Notes under the pieces: generated by a model
Told to the model about the DNA's origin: nothing
The model's database searches: none
Seen by the model: only the letters and a program-made list of their open reading frames with translations
Program-made: the position numbers and the translations under genes
In this document: one piece after another, positions 1 to 12,069 of the stretch
Position numbering within the stretch: position 1 is the stretch's first letter
Layout of the letters: each line of letters starts with the position of its first letter
From: Chiloscyllium plagiosum
Taxonomy: Eukaryota
Assembly: GCF_004010195.1 (NCBI RefSeq)
Contig: NC_057718.1
Location: 37,943,152 to 38,007,151 of the forward strand
Length of the DNA stretch: 64,000 bases
Direction: 5' to 3'

Positions 1-439
1 TAGATTGTAGTGATGAAACTGTTTGAATGAAATGAAACAAAGTGGTAGAGGGAGAAGAGAATGCATTAGTAACAATACAAAAATTTGAACCTACATTATT
101 GGCTCAAAATTTGCAAAAACAAATCTGCAGAAATAATCATATTTTGGTTTAAAGATGGCAAATTATACTTCTGTTACTGGCCAGAGTGAAATAAAACTTA
201 TTTTATAAATAATAATTCTGACACATGCAAATAAATACAAAGAGCTGACTGCTTTAAAGTGACCATTTTGGTCTGCAAAAATTACAAGCTTTTTTCTAGT
301 ACGCATTTCCATTATGTTTAGGACAGCCACATCCCAAACAAGGACTTGAGGTCCCTTTTTTTTAATAAAACAGCTGCAGGCTACAAGGTGAAAATAATAC
401 CACATCATGCTGAAACATAGAGATGTCCATATTTTGAAC

Positions 440-1330
440 TAACAAAGGAATGTCCCAGCTAGGATATTGGAGGGAAACTTGGAGCTTCCATAACCTGCTG
501 CCCTTGTCTTGCTAGATTCTAGAGATTGCAGGCTTGAGACGCTACTGAAAAATCTTTGTTCATTCATTGCAGAGCATCCTGTAGATTGGTATACACACCT
601 GCCAAGGTACAGTAGAGAGAGTTATTTCAGTCTTTCAAAGTAATGTTCTGAATCATGTTAAAGCTCATGTGTACTGTTAAAGTTGCACATATCCAGGCAC
701 TTGGATGGATGAATGAGTTGGTTAATAATTCTATTTGAGAATAACCAGTATCTGACTTGTTTCAGTAGCAATTGAATATATTTAACCAGTCGTGCTCACT
801 CGCTTGAAAACCACGAGCTCTGATGAAGAGTCATCCATACTAGCTTGCTGTCTCTTCATGGATGCTGCCTGACCTGTTGTGATTCCCAGTATTTTTAGTT
901 TTCTCTGTCGATTCCAGCATCTGCAGAAAATTTGCTCCAAACTACTTTCTGGTCAGTGGTAACCCTTAGGATAGTAGAGGTGAGAGTAGGCATAGGGAAT
1001 GCCACTTGATGTCAAAGAGAGGCAGTTAAGACCTGCTCTGGTAGGAAATGGACATTGCCTAACACACGTTTTGCAAACACTATTTGCCATTTACAATGTC
1101 CAGGTCTTCTTGTGCACAGGCTTAAACTATGAATGGAGTCACTGTGCAATTGCCTGCATCAGCCTCACTTTTGAACTTATGCTCAATGGAAGGTCATTGA
1201 TAAAGCAGCTAAAAATATTGGTGCTGAAGTTGCTGCCCAGAGGAAATCCTGCAGCGAAGTCCTGTGGCTGAGATGATTGGCTTCAACAACTAGAACCACC
1301 TTCCATCATGCAAGGTACCAAGTCTGACAA
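440..1330 (-). mobile_element. Highly decayed CR1-like LINE RT fragment, interrupted by a Penelope-type 3' end at about 818-940
   Basis: Minus strand near 1220-1260 resembles the GVPQGSVLGP region; 820-940 carries CTGATGAAGAGTC and GATGCTGCCTGACCTG...CCAGCATCTGCAG, as in the other Penelope-type ends. Confidence 0.45.
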
Positions 1331-1389
1331 TTTTTCTAGCACTCTTTAGTCTCACTTAATCAAATTATGCTTTAATAGTAGACTAGTTA

Positions 1390-1810
1390 AACTTGAGGTC
1401 ATCCAAACTGCTAACTAGCACCAGGTCCTGTTCTCCCATCACACTGCTTACTGACCTACGCTGGCTCAGAGTTAAACAATGCCTCAGTTTTAACATTCTC
1501 ATCCTTGTTCGCAAATCCTGACACAGCCTTGTCCCTCCCCCAGTGATGTCCTCCAGTCGCACAATCTCCAAAAAATTTGTGTGTTTCCAATTCTGACCTC
1601 AAAGATTCTTGATTTTAATTATTAGTGGCCACGCCTTCAGCTTCCAAGGGTTTAAAGCTTTGGAATTTTCTCTCAAAATATCTTCACCTCTCAAATGATC
1701 TTCATTCCTGTATGATGCTGCTAAAAAGTTCATATGTCCTCAAATCTCCTTGTGCCTCAGCTAATTAGGTAAAGCACTTTATGAAAGTAAAGTCACTGTA
1801 TGAATACAAG
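1390..1810 (+). mobile_element. Decayed L2-like LINE 3' fragment
   Basis: Similar to 57330-57760 (ACACTGGCTCC...CCTCAATTTT...CTTCAGCT); pyrimidine-rich L2-type 3' end. Confidence 0.45.
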
Positions 1811-3007
1811 TTACTTTTGGATTCTTTCAAGGCATCCCATGCTCGCCTCACCTTATGAATTCACCTCATGTCTATGTTTTGACCAAGACTACAACAAAGT
1901 CAGAAACCATGCGCTTTAGCGGAATCCTGCACACTGGGAGACAATAAGCACAAGGTCTAAAAGTTACCTGCCAATAGCACTGAAGATCTATGCTCCATAA
2001 TGATTTGCACCAACGAACTGGTGGCTAATTTGCCATTATCATTGCTGATAGATCTATCCATTGCTCCATTCAGGAATGCTAGAAGGACAATGAGGCTAAG
2101 TTGGATTTGTCCTGCTGAGGACAAAACATGTGTGAGTCTATTTTCTAGATTGTTAGACAGATGCTCATTTGCATCTATCCAAGAACACAAAGTGACAGCT
2201 AGCTTTTGAACACTTCATCATTATAATGGGTTATGGCTGTGTCCAATGTGACAAGCCATTCGATGTTATGACGAATGAAATGAACTGGCCAAAGGCTGGC
2301 AGTTACAATGGTTAGCTCCTCAGAACGAGGTCAACAAGGATCACCTACTGATCAATGGATGAAAATGGTTGCAAATGTTTCAGGTTCTACTTTTATAACA
2401 AAATGCTGGATTCTTCCAGAAATAAGAAAGGGGATGTACATACAAGCTGCCTTGTCTTAGGTAGCATATAATTCAGTTCAGTTTTGTTCCTTTTCAGCAG
2501 TTTCATAGCCCTATTAGACAATTCAAAGTCGCTCATGTTAGCATGGAACTGATGGCAGACATAGAAAAAGGGAACCTTATAAAACCAATTGGATTTTTAT
2601 GACAATCCAAAAGCTTCATGATCTTTTTTACCAGAGCCTTCTGTGTTACAAATTATTTTCAAAATTGAATTCAAATTCTCAAACTTCCATAATGGAGATG
2701 AACTCACTTCCCTAGGTTTCAAGCTAACCAAGAAACTTTTTAACAGACAAGGTTCAAGAAAACCAATGTATTTACATAATTCAAGGGTGATATAGGATGG
2801 CAAATATCCTTGATAAAGGTCCCATTCAAAAGATCTGCTCTCAAACTGAACTGCAGCAACTTACATAGCACCTCAAAATGCAATGAAACATCCCAAGGAG
2901 CTAAACACTGCAATGCATTTTCAATTTAGATTTCCACAGTTCGTGTGTCAGAATCCCATGTTTCTATAAAGCTGCAAAAGCAATACATGACTTGAATTGC
3001 ATCTTAC

Positions 3008-3098
3008 CTTCCTGAGTATTGCCTGAGTTTGTCATACAATGTTAAGGCAGCAGCTTCTTCATCTCCATCAGCACTCTCCTGGTCCATAGTATTTTCCT
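3008..3098 (-). CDS. UBR2: UBR2 exon 26 of 26 (EENTMDQESADGDEEAAALTLYDKLRQYSG)
   Basis: TAG acceptor, GTAAGA donor, 91 nt, phase 1 to 2. Confidence 0.92.
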
Positions 3099-3139
3099 CT
3101 AGAAGCAGTGAACCATGGAGACAAGTTACTTATTTAAAC

Positions 3140-3960
3140 ATGATTTGGAGGAGCTGGTGTTGGACTAGGGTGGACAAAGTTAAGAATCACAACACCAGGT
3201 TATAGTCCAACAGGTTGATTATAACCTTACTGCAAAGCCTCTTCTAAGGACGCCTACCTTGAAGAAGTTGTCCTCTCTCTACAAGGATCTCTGTAAGTCT
3301 CTCTCTCACTGCACCCCCCAGGTCATCTCCTCTGCCCTGATGCTCTTCAGCCATTTCACCACTTCCTCTTTCCCTCCTTAATCCAGTCCCAACTTTCCAA
3401 ATCGGCACTTGAATGGTCCGACCTGTCCATGTTCTCTCCTACCCATTTGCTCCACCCTCCTCTCTGACCTATCACTTACACCCCCAGCTTCATCTACCTA
3501 TCGCATTCCCAGCTACCACACCCCCCCCAGCCTCATCCCCGATGAAGGGCTGATGCCTAAAACGTTGATTATCCTGCTCCTCGGATGCTGCCTGACCGGC
3601 TGTGCTTTTCCAGCACCACACTGTTCGACTCTGGTCTCCAGCATCTGCAGTTCTCATTTCTCCTAACAGGTTATTTGAAAGCACGAGCTTTCGGAGCGCT
3701 GCTCCTTCATCAGGCAACTGTGGAACAGGATCATAAGACACAGAATTTATAAAAAATTACAGTGTCGTGCAACTGAACTTAACAGTAATCTAAGTTTGTT
3801 CAATTATATCACTTCAGTTGCATGACACTGTAATCTTTTGTTATAAATTCCATGTCTTATGATCCTGTTCCACAGCTACCTTATGAAGGAGCAGCGCCCT
3901 GAAAGCTCATGCTTCCAAATAAACCTGCTGGACTATAACCTGGTGCTGTATATATTTTAA
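3140..3960. mobile_element. Fold-back Penelope-type element, family B, with a family A element nested at 3217-3664
   Basis: Left arm (3140-3216 plus 3665-3776) is the reverse complement of the right arm (about 3813-3960); same family as 24071-24303; hammerhead core on minus strand at 3682-3716. Confidence 0.75.
3217..3664 (+). mobile_element. Internally deleted Penelope-like element, family A (probable ORF N-terminal remnant joined to 3' UTR/pseudo-LTR)
   Basis: Flanked by AACAGGTT duplication (3209-3216 and 3665-3672); ends CCAGCATCTGCAGTTCTCATTTCTCCT like 28197-28370; decayed hammerhead core at 3539-3570. Confidence 0.65.
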
Positions 3961-4139
3961 ATTCATTAAAGCATGCAAAATAATATAATTTTAAAGCTAA
4001 CAACTAAATGAAATGTGATATATTCATTCGCCAAGAAGAATGAATACAAAGACAGAGTCCTTTTTGCATTGGGGAGGGGCGGAATTGGAGGTTCAAAAAG
4101 GCCCACGCATTGAAAATTTATTCCTATTGATAACCAATG

Positions 4140-4670
4140 AATCAGTCCATCTTTGTAGACTGTAATTAGGAGGATACCATAAGAATCAGTGCTTAGGTCT
4201 CAGCTAGTTACGATATACATCAAGGATTTATATTTGTTAATGACACAAAATCAGATGCAAAAGTAAGCTATAGGGAGTAGCAAAGAGGCTACAATGGGAG
4301 GATACTAAAAGTTAAGATTGATGACAGATGGAATAAAAAGGTGGGAAATCTGAAATTAACCTTGGAAAGGAAATAAAACCACAACCTATTTTAAATGGAT
4401 AGTCTGGAAAATATAGACAGATGGGCAAGGCAAGCTTGTATATAAATCACATGAACTTAACATGCAAATATATCAAGTTATTAGGGAAGCAAATTCTATG
4501 CCAGCTTTTCTTAAAAAGCAATTAATGTATAAAAATGGAAAAGCCTTGTTTCAATTGTATAAAGTCTTAATGAAGCACCACCTTAATGAGGGAGACAGGA
4601 AGCACATAACGGGCCTTGGAGTGAGTGCAATAAAAGGTTCATAAGAATAATCTCTTAGATGAGGAGATTT
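4140..4670 (+). mobile_element. Decayed CR1 LINE RT fragment
   Basis: Remnants of the GVPQGSVLGP and QLYK.LVR.HL regions. Confidence 0.55.
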
Positions 4671-4714
4671 GCTATAAATAAAGTAACATTTTCAAGTTAG
4701 TTTTCTTTGATTAC

Positions 4715-4850
4715 CTGTTGAAGATGTCAGTAAAATCTGTACAATGTGTGCTGCGGTAACCAGATGGAAGAGATGAAGGTGACCAACAGCTAAGCTAACT
4801 CCTGTGAAATCTTGGCAGTGCACAGCTGGGTAAGAAAGCACAAGGCTCAC
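4715..4850 (-). CDS. UBR2: UBR2 exon 25 of 26 (VSLVLSYPAVHCQDFTGVSLAVGHLHLFHLVTAAHIVQILLTSST)
   Basis: CAG acceptor, GTAATC donor, 136 nt, phase 0 to 1. Confidence 0.93.
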
Positions 4851-5927
4851 CTGTAGGGAGAATAAGTGTTACAAAAAATGCTATGGGAACCATATTTTAG
4901 AGGGAAGAATGAGGAAATAGAGCTTTGAACAATCAAATCAAAAATATCATAAGTAAGTAAAATGGCAGTTGGCTGCAAAATGGACAGCTGCCAAAATGTG
5001 AATGACTCCAAAATGATACCACAAAGATGAAGAAACACAGATGTAAGGTCTTAGGCAAAAGATGCAGGAAAATAGGAGAAAACCTTTTTTTCCAAATATT
5101 AGCATGTAGTAATGGCCAGCAAGGCACTGCTTACAGAGGGTTGTGGGAGCAAGGACAAAACAGAATACAAAACAAAATAGAAAGATACAATGGAAATAAG
5201 CTTCCACACCTAAAGGGACAGAGTTAGGGATGAGATTAAATGGATTGCTCTACAAAGAGTTGGCATGAACTCCAAGGGCCAAATAATTGTCAAAGTGGGT
5301 AACAAAAAAAGTCAATTCAAGTGCTTGAAAGGAAACCTTTAAAGCCTATTGATGTTCAAAATGCTATAACAGGTTTACTGCCAAAATACTGTCACTGACT
5401 CCAAACATTCCTATGCTCAGTAGACAACTCAAGGCAGGATGACAAATTCAGTGCAAGATCTGACAGTGGAATAAGATCACTAAGGAAATAGGAAAAGGAA
5501 GAGGGGAATAAAACTGTGAGATTATAATTTTAGTTAAGGAAACTGTACTTGGCAGAATAATTTAGGATATGATTTTACTCAAATTTGATTCAAAAATAAA
5601 GATGACATTTGAAGAAACCCTGAGTATCAGTGACTTCACGCAATAGAAAAACCCTGATGTGTTTTCTAAAATCAACGTCACAAACTGAAGAGATTGATGC
5701 GACAATCTTAAATGTCACTTAAGAATGGATGTAACCTTTCCATTAATATTAGGAAAGTTTTGAAGAAGCTCTAAACCATTTTAGGGAACAAGAAGAAGAA
5801 TATCAAAATGGTTTTGTACACACATCAATAGTACTTCTAAACAAAACTTTTTTACCTTATTCACTTACTAAACCTAGGCTCAGTGAATAATCACACAAAT
5901 TAAACAGTTAAGAAAACAGCCACTTAC

Positions 5928-5998
5928 CAATAAATGGAACATGTCAACATCAAGAATAGATGGAGAAATCTGAGTCTTATCATCATCAGGTATCAGAA
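5928..5998 (-). CDS. UBR2: UBR2 exon 24 of 26 (VLIPDDDKTQISPSILDVDMFHLL)
   Basis: CAG acceptor, GTAAGT donor, 71 nt, phase 1 to 0. Confidence 0.92.
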
Positions 5999-6188
5999 CT
6001 GAGAAAGGGAAAAAAATTCATAGAAAACTAAGTTGCCTTTCACAAGGCCAAATACTGCAGACCAATTCATTAAAATTTCATTTTAATTACGTTCAATTAA
6101 CATCAAAAGTGACAAATGACTTGCAAATAAAGTTATAATGATAGTGGTATACACTTATTCAAACATTCAAATGATACAGCACACAAAC

Positions 6189-6285
6189 CTGATAACAGTC
6201 GAGCGTATTGATTCTGAACCACAGGCAAGGAACTTACAGTCCATTGTGATGCAGCAAATCGAGTTAATGCCTTCAGACAGTCATC
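6189..6285 (-). CDS. UBR2: UBR2 exon 23 of 26 (DDCLKALTRFAASQWTVSSLPVVQNQYARLLS)
   Basis: TAG acceptor, GTTTGT donor, 97 nt, phase 0 to 1. Confidence 0.92.
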
Positions 6286-6589
6286 CTATAAAACACAATT
6301 CTAGATGCATGAAGGTTCTGAAAATATAGCTCAAACAGAAAGAGTAAAATAATTTGAATTCAGGTAGTGCATTCATGACCTTTGAACATCTCAAAGCTAA
6401 TACATGACACAAGCTAAAATATTACAGGAAGATGCATAATTTCTGGAACCACTTATATGAATTAAATTTTGGAGCACTTTCCAAAGACCAACTATCTTAA
6501 TTCTTTACACCAAACAAAAATACAAATAAGTTTAAAAACAGCAGAACAAACTTGGAGGCTGAGGCTATGCCACTGGGGAGATAGCTATG

Positions 6590-8460
6590 GGGAACAAGGA
6601 AATGAGAGTGGAGTTAAAGAGACAATTTACACCAGTCTTCACAGTGGAAGATACTTTGAACATCCCATTAATATTTCAGAATAAGGGAGGCGAATTTAAG
6701 AATTATCACCATCACAAGTAGTACTAGGCAAACTAATGAAGCTAAAGGCAGATACATCCTCTGACCCTGATGGCTTGCAACATAGGACCCTAAAAGATGT
6801 AGCGACAGAAACAGTGGATGACTTAGTTGTAATTTTATAAAATCCTTGGTTTCAGGATAATTCCTGGATAATTGGAAAACTGCCAATATTTCACCCCAAT
6901 TCAGAAAGTGGGGAAGGGAAAAAACTGTTAATTACAGGCTGTATAGGTGGAAAACGTTGTAATCAATTAATAAGGAAGTAAAGGCAGCATATTTGGAAAA
7001 TCATAATCTAACCTCGCAGAGTCAGCATGGCTTCATGTAAGGGAAATTGTGTCTCACTAATTTATTAGAGTTTTTTGAGGAAGTATCAACCATAAAAGAT
7101 AGAGCATGGTTTGAGAAGATTTGTACTCAGGTTGAGGTTCTGGATGTAGGTTTGCTGAGCTGGAAGGTTCATTTTCAGACATTTCGTCACCATACTAGGT
7201 GACATCTTCAGTGAGCCTCTGGATAAAGCTTCGTCCATAGGCTCACTGAAGATGTTGCTTAGTATGGTGACAAAACGTCTGAAAAAGAACTTTCCAGCTC
7301 AGCGAGCAAACTTAACCCATAATAGATGGAGGGGAGCCAAAAGATATGTAGTAATTTGACTTCCAGAAGACATGTGACAAGGTACCTCACAAAAGGTTAA
7401 GTCATAAGACAAGAGTTCCTAATGTTGGAGGTAATATATTGCAGTAGACAGAGGAGTGGTTAATGGGCAGGAATCAGCAAATGGGGATAAGAGGTTCTTT
7501 CACAGGTTGACAATCTGTAACCAGTGAGATTCCACTGCTTCCCCCAAATATATTAATGATTTGGAGAAAGGAATCAAATCGACACTAGCCAAATTTAGAG
7601 ATAACTAAAACAGGTAGAAAGGCAAGTTATGATAGGGGTACAAACAACTAACAGAAATATTGATAGGTTAAATAAGTCGGCAATAAGTTGGCAAGTATAG
7701 TGTAGGAAAATATAAAATTGCTCATTTTGGAATGGAGAACAAACAAACAGTAATATTTAAATGGAGCAAAACTACAAAATGCTGCAACACAAAGGGACTT
7801 GAGAGTACTTGTACACAAAACACAGAAAACAAGCACACAGACGCAGGAGGTAATCAGGAAGGCTTATGGAATGCTGGCCCATAGTTCAAGGAGGTTGCAG
7901 TGCAAGAGTGAGGAGGTCTTACTCAATTGTACAAGGTGCTGGTGAGAGCAGATCTGAAGTACTGAGAGCAGTTTTGGTCCCCTTATTTAAGGAAAGATAT
8001 TACTTCATTGGAGTTACTTGAGAGATGCTTCACAAGAATGATCCCAAGTATGGAATGATTGCTTTATGTGCAAAGGTTGAACAGGTTAGGACTCACTCAT
8101 TGGAATTTAGAAGGATCAACAATGATCTCATTGAGACATAATGGGTTCTTAGAGGACTTGACAGGATAAATGCTGAGATGATGTTTCCCCTCATGGGAGA
8201 GTCAAGGAACAGAGGACATAGCCTCAGAATAAAGAGGGTTGAATATCTTTGGAAATCCCTGCCACATAGAGCTATGTGGAAAAGTCCTTAGGTATATTTA
8301 AGGCTGAGATAAATAGATTGTTGATCAGTCAAGGAATCAAGGGTTACCAAACAAGTGGATGCCAGGAATGCTGGATGAGTTATGTTTTATTGAATGGCGG
8401 AATAGGCTTGAGGGGTCAAACAACCTACTCCTATTGCTACCTCTTATGGTTATGGTCTTA
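6590..8460 (+). mobile_element. CR1 LINE (RT domain to 3' end), decayed, interrupted at 7101-7316
   Basis: SP.PDG, QHGF..G..CLTNLLEFFEEV, DFQK..DKVPH and LYKVLVR remnants; TTATGG-type tail. Confidence 0.85.
7101..7316. mobile_element. Fold-back Penelope-type mini element, family C
   Basis: Inverted arms centred on AAGCTT (7226-7231); imperfect 11-bp TSD CCATAA(A/T)AGAT at 7090-7100 and 7317-7327; hammerhead core on each arm. Confidence 0.75.
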
Positions 8461-8639
8461 TAGACATATCTTGCATGGTAAAGTTTTTCCCAGTAGGACG
8501 GTTGACAAATTAGTCTTCAGCATTTTTAAAATACTTTCAGAAAAAATTTCAATAGCTGTTTAAATTTTCCAATATAATCTCAAATTCATTGTTTGCTCAA
8601 CAGTCCTTATAATTGTATGAAAAGCTTCATCATTCCTAC

Positions 8640-8695
8640 CTGCCTACATGGTAGATGACCAAACAGTGGCTTTTCTTCATCTGCCAGAAAACGCT
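8640..8695 (-). CDS. UBR2: UBR2 exon 22 of 26 (ERFLADEEKPLFGHLPCRQ)
   Basis: CAG acceptor, GTAGGA donor, 56 nt, phase 1 to 0. Confidence 0.93.
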
Positions 8696-9025
8696 CTGGA
8701 AAGGTAAGAATAAAACCATCCTAAATGTTTACTTTAGTCTTGTTGAACATTGCTAAAAAGAGATAAGAAGTCAGCTTTTAAGTTCTGGACTACAGAGCCA
8801 TTAATTTCAGATGCCTGTACTAATATTAAAATTGTATACAAGGTACAACTCTTAGTTAATGTCAGTTTTAGAGAATAAAGTCAACAAGGTTTTAAAGTTA
8901 TGACTCAGACAACAGTTTACTTGCAAACATAGCTGATTATTAAAAGTAATTTCACTTAATTTTGTTGATAAAACATTTAAATAAACATCCTAATTTATAT
9001 AGAGTAATGCATCACTGAGGCTCAC

Positions 9026-9174
9026 CTACTGCTTGTATTGTATATGCACAGCTGCCCCGGCACATCATAGGCACTCGTGGGTCCTGCTCGTTGGGATGAA
9101 CCTTCAGACCCACTTTGAATGTTGCTGTAGCCAAGGTTGTAAGCATCCCTTTGATGCTTTCTGAGAAAGGATTC
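9026..9174 (-). CDS. UBR2: UBR2 exon 21 of 26 (NPFSESIKGMLTTLATATFKVGLKVHPNEQDPRVPMMCRGSCAYTIQAV)
   Basis: CAG acceptor, GTGAGC donor, 149 nt, phase 2 to 1. Confidence 0.95.
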
Positions 9175-9264
9175 CTGTTGACAGAAATGAGAAACCACTG
9201 CAAAAAATACCTCAGTAAGAAAATACTTTTTTGGAACAATCTTCAAGGTTTTTAAAATTCATTC

Positions 9265-10262
9265 ACAGGATGGAATCATTGGCTTAGCCTGCATTTAGTG
9301 TCCATCCCCAATTGCCTGAGGGCAGTTAAGTGTCAACCACATTCGTGTGGTCTGGAGTCACATGCAGGGCAGACCAACTAAGCATGACAGTTTCCTTCCC
9401 TAAATGAAATCAGCAAACCAAATGGGTTTTTCCTGATAATTGATGAAGGATTCATGGTCATCATTATTCTTCCAATTAAGATGATAACACAGTAAGATGC
9501 TCCAGCTAGAGCTCCTCTGCTTGCCAGTTCCTCTTCCTTTCTTTTGCATTTCTCTTGCAGTTTTTTTCCTCCCGTCACTTTCAACTTTTAACTTCTTAAA
9601 GTACCCTACTAGGATGGAATAAAGAACTGAGTCCAAAACTCACTCTGGGTCCCGCTCCCGCGGGACCAGAGTGAGTGTGAGTCGAGTCCAGGAAGTAAAT
9701 CGCAGCTAGAGCCTCGAGCGGGAACAGAGCGAGCAGAGACTGAGTCCTGGAAGCGAGTGGCAGCCAGAACCCATAGGAGGATGCAAAGACAGCAGGGGCC
9801 AGCTGGAAGAATGAGTCCTAGAGGGAAGTCTGGGACAGAGGTTAGAACATGGAGTCAGTGAGGCCTTGTGTTTAGAAGTCCAGTGAGACTCCCAGTGGAA
9901 AAGGATATAACTTGAGTATTTTAAATATACTTTTTATTATTCTAGACTTTTTAATGTCTGTATTCCCATGCTCATCTTTATTATCTACTTTTTCAATTCT
10001 GTTATAACACTTAAAGGATCTGTGCATCTGTACCTAAGATGGTGTCAAGAGGCAATATTATAAATCTTTGACTGCATACATGCGAGTGCACACGACAATA
10101 AATTCTATTCCAATCGGCTCTTATTCTAGTATTTTTCTAGTATTTATTGAATTCAAATACCAACATCTACCATGGTGGAAATCAAATCCAGGTCCCCAGA
10201 ATATTACCTGTGTCTCCAGGTTAACAGTTTAGCAATAATACCATTATGCCATCGCGTGCCCA
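9265..10262 (-). mobile_element. Old tRNA-headed SINE (SacSINE1/DeuSINE-like), split by an insertion at 9477-10110
   Basis: Minus strand from 10262 shows degenerate A/B boxes (TGGCATAATGG...GATTTGATTTCC); body resumes at 9470-9265; related fragments near 43320-43600 and 50690-51250. Confidence 0.45.
9477..10110 (+). mobile_element. Non-coding retroposon with a Rex1/Babar-like 3' end
   Basis: Ends GAGTGCACACGACAATAAA followed by a TTCTA-type tail; TTCCAAT at both junctions; GC-rich internal repeats. Confidence 0.4.
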
Positions 10263-10725
10263 TCTTGAGCCTATTGAACTTGAATGAATAAATGTTTAAT
10301 GTTGTATCAAATGGGTGCATTAGAGAAAGCTATTTAATTCACCATAATGCTGATATGTTTTCCTCAACAATGAAGTCTCGATTATCTTTATTGTGATATC
10401 AAGTAGTACTGGGAGCAACCTGTGGGTGGAAAGATTGCCAAAAGATAGGATTTCCTATAGATTAACAAGGTTATAGCCTAAGAGCTAACATCAAATACAA
10501 ATGACCCGAAAGAACCAATTGATAACAAAGACAGAACTCAAACTTGGTTCTCTGGATAGGCAGTCCAACAATGATTGCCATAGGCAAAACAAAGGTAAAC
10601 ATTCATTTTGGTTTTATTCACAGATGGAGTGATTTTAATTTATGACTTTATAATGAATCATAAAGTCAAAGAAAATTAGGGCTACTTTGAATTTAATAGA
10701 ACTATTTAATGATCAAGTTACATAC

Positions 10726-10795
10726 TTTGGTTTTACATCAGGTTGAAACACCTCGGGGATCTCAATTCCTTCAAAGTGGGTGTTGGAGAGGTTCT
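10726..10795 (-). CDS. UBR2: UBR2 exon 20 of 26 (ENLSNTHFEGIEIPEVFQPDVKPK), divergent linker
   Basis: Strong pyrimidine tract with CAG acceptor, GTATGT donor, 70 nt, phase 1 to 2; PE.F.PD..PK motif. Confidence 0.85.
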
Positions 10796-11357
10796 CTGAA
10801 AGAAAAGAAAAAGAGACACTGTGACTGATCTAGTGACCCTGTAAAACTACTTTACATTGTAAATTTCTAAACTTTCTAATTATCTGCTCATACAATGAAG
10901 TTCATTTAAACCAAGTCTTAAACTGCAAATCAAGGAAGAGCAACTAAATAAAATTTAAAACCACACTGAAACTTTGAAATTTCTCTTTCTTTTAATAAAA
11001 ATATTAATTTTTCTTGCACCCCGATTCAGAACTTCAAGATGAGAGCTATTTTATGATGCACATGTGACAGAAGTTCAGAGATATTTTGAAGTTTTCATCA
11101 CTTTTATTCTACTTATCCAATAACAATTTCATCTTGTAAGGTCGATATGGATGGGTAACCTTTTAAAGGTACGTATTAAGCAATCTTGACCGTTCAACAT
11201 AATATCACAGACAGATCTATAGCTTTACTCTCCTTAATAATCAGAATTTTTTATTTTGCACTAGGTACTTTTCACTTATACTCTTATTATATTGTATGCA
11301 TAACAAAGGGCAGCTTACAAAAATGAAGTGTACATCTGATTTTTTTTTTTTAAGTAC

Positions 11358-11461
11358 CTGTTTGTTTTTCTTGGATTTTCTTCAGGATCTTCAACTGCTG
11401 CAATGTATGTTTCAGCCAACTTGACAAAACAGGAACACCTGCATTGTTTTTTGAATTATCA
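11358..11461 (-). CDS. UBR2: UBR2 exon 19 of 26 (SDNSKNNAGVPVLSSWLKHTLQQLKILKKIQEKQT), divergent linker
   Basis: Polypyrimidine-CAG acceptor, GTACTT donor, 104 nt; phase 2 to 1 fits both neighbours; weak similarity to the P.L..W..T..QQ.K.L motif. Confidence 0.82.
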
Positions 11462-12069
11462 CTGAAAGCAAAAGTACAGGTTTTGTGAAAATGGTACATT
11501 TATGTGCCTTATTTCCTCTTAAAGCAAACATTTTGCTCCACTGTTGCTTCTCTAACTGAGCACTTAAATGAACAAAATCTCAACATCAATGTTTTAGGAG
11601 ATTAACAATGACAAGAAAGAAATTGTAATCCTGAAGGATTTTTTGGAATGGGAAGCACACAATTTTTTTGTTTTACGTGTATAGGTTCTCAATAAAGAAA
11701 CGCAATATTCAACGACTTAATGTAAGTATTCGATGATGACATTTACAACAAAGTATTCCAACTCATACAGATTATACTCAGGAACACAATGATGATGATT
11801 ATATTTAAGCAGATGGCTGAAAAAGAAATGGCAGAGATCTTTGGCACTCAGGACTGTTGGAGACCATGCGCAAGACAATTCCATGGTCATGGCCATTAAT
11901 AACTTTGTGAAAAGGCACTGACCCCACCAGTTACTCAACTGTTAAGGGAGACTGCTGAAAATCCCAAAACGTAATTTTCCAGGAACACATACTCAGCGAC
12001 AAAATACACAGTGATGAAGAGGCACACACTGTGATATTTCACAAATAAATTATTTTTTTCCCTTGTAAG

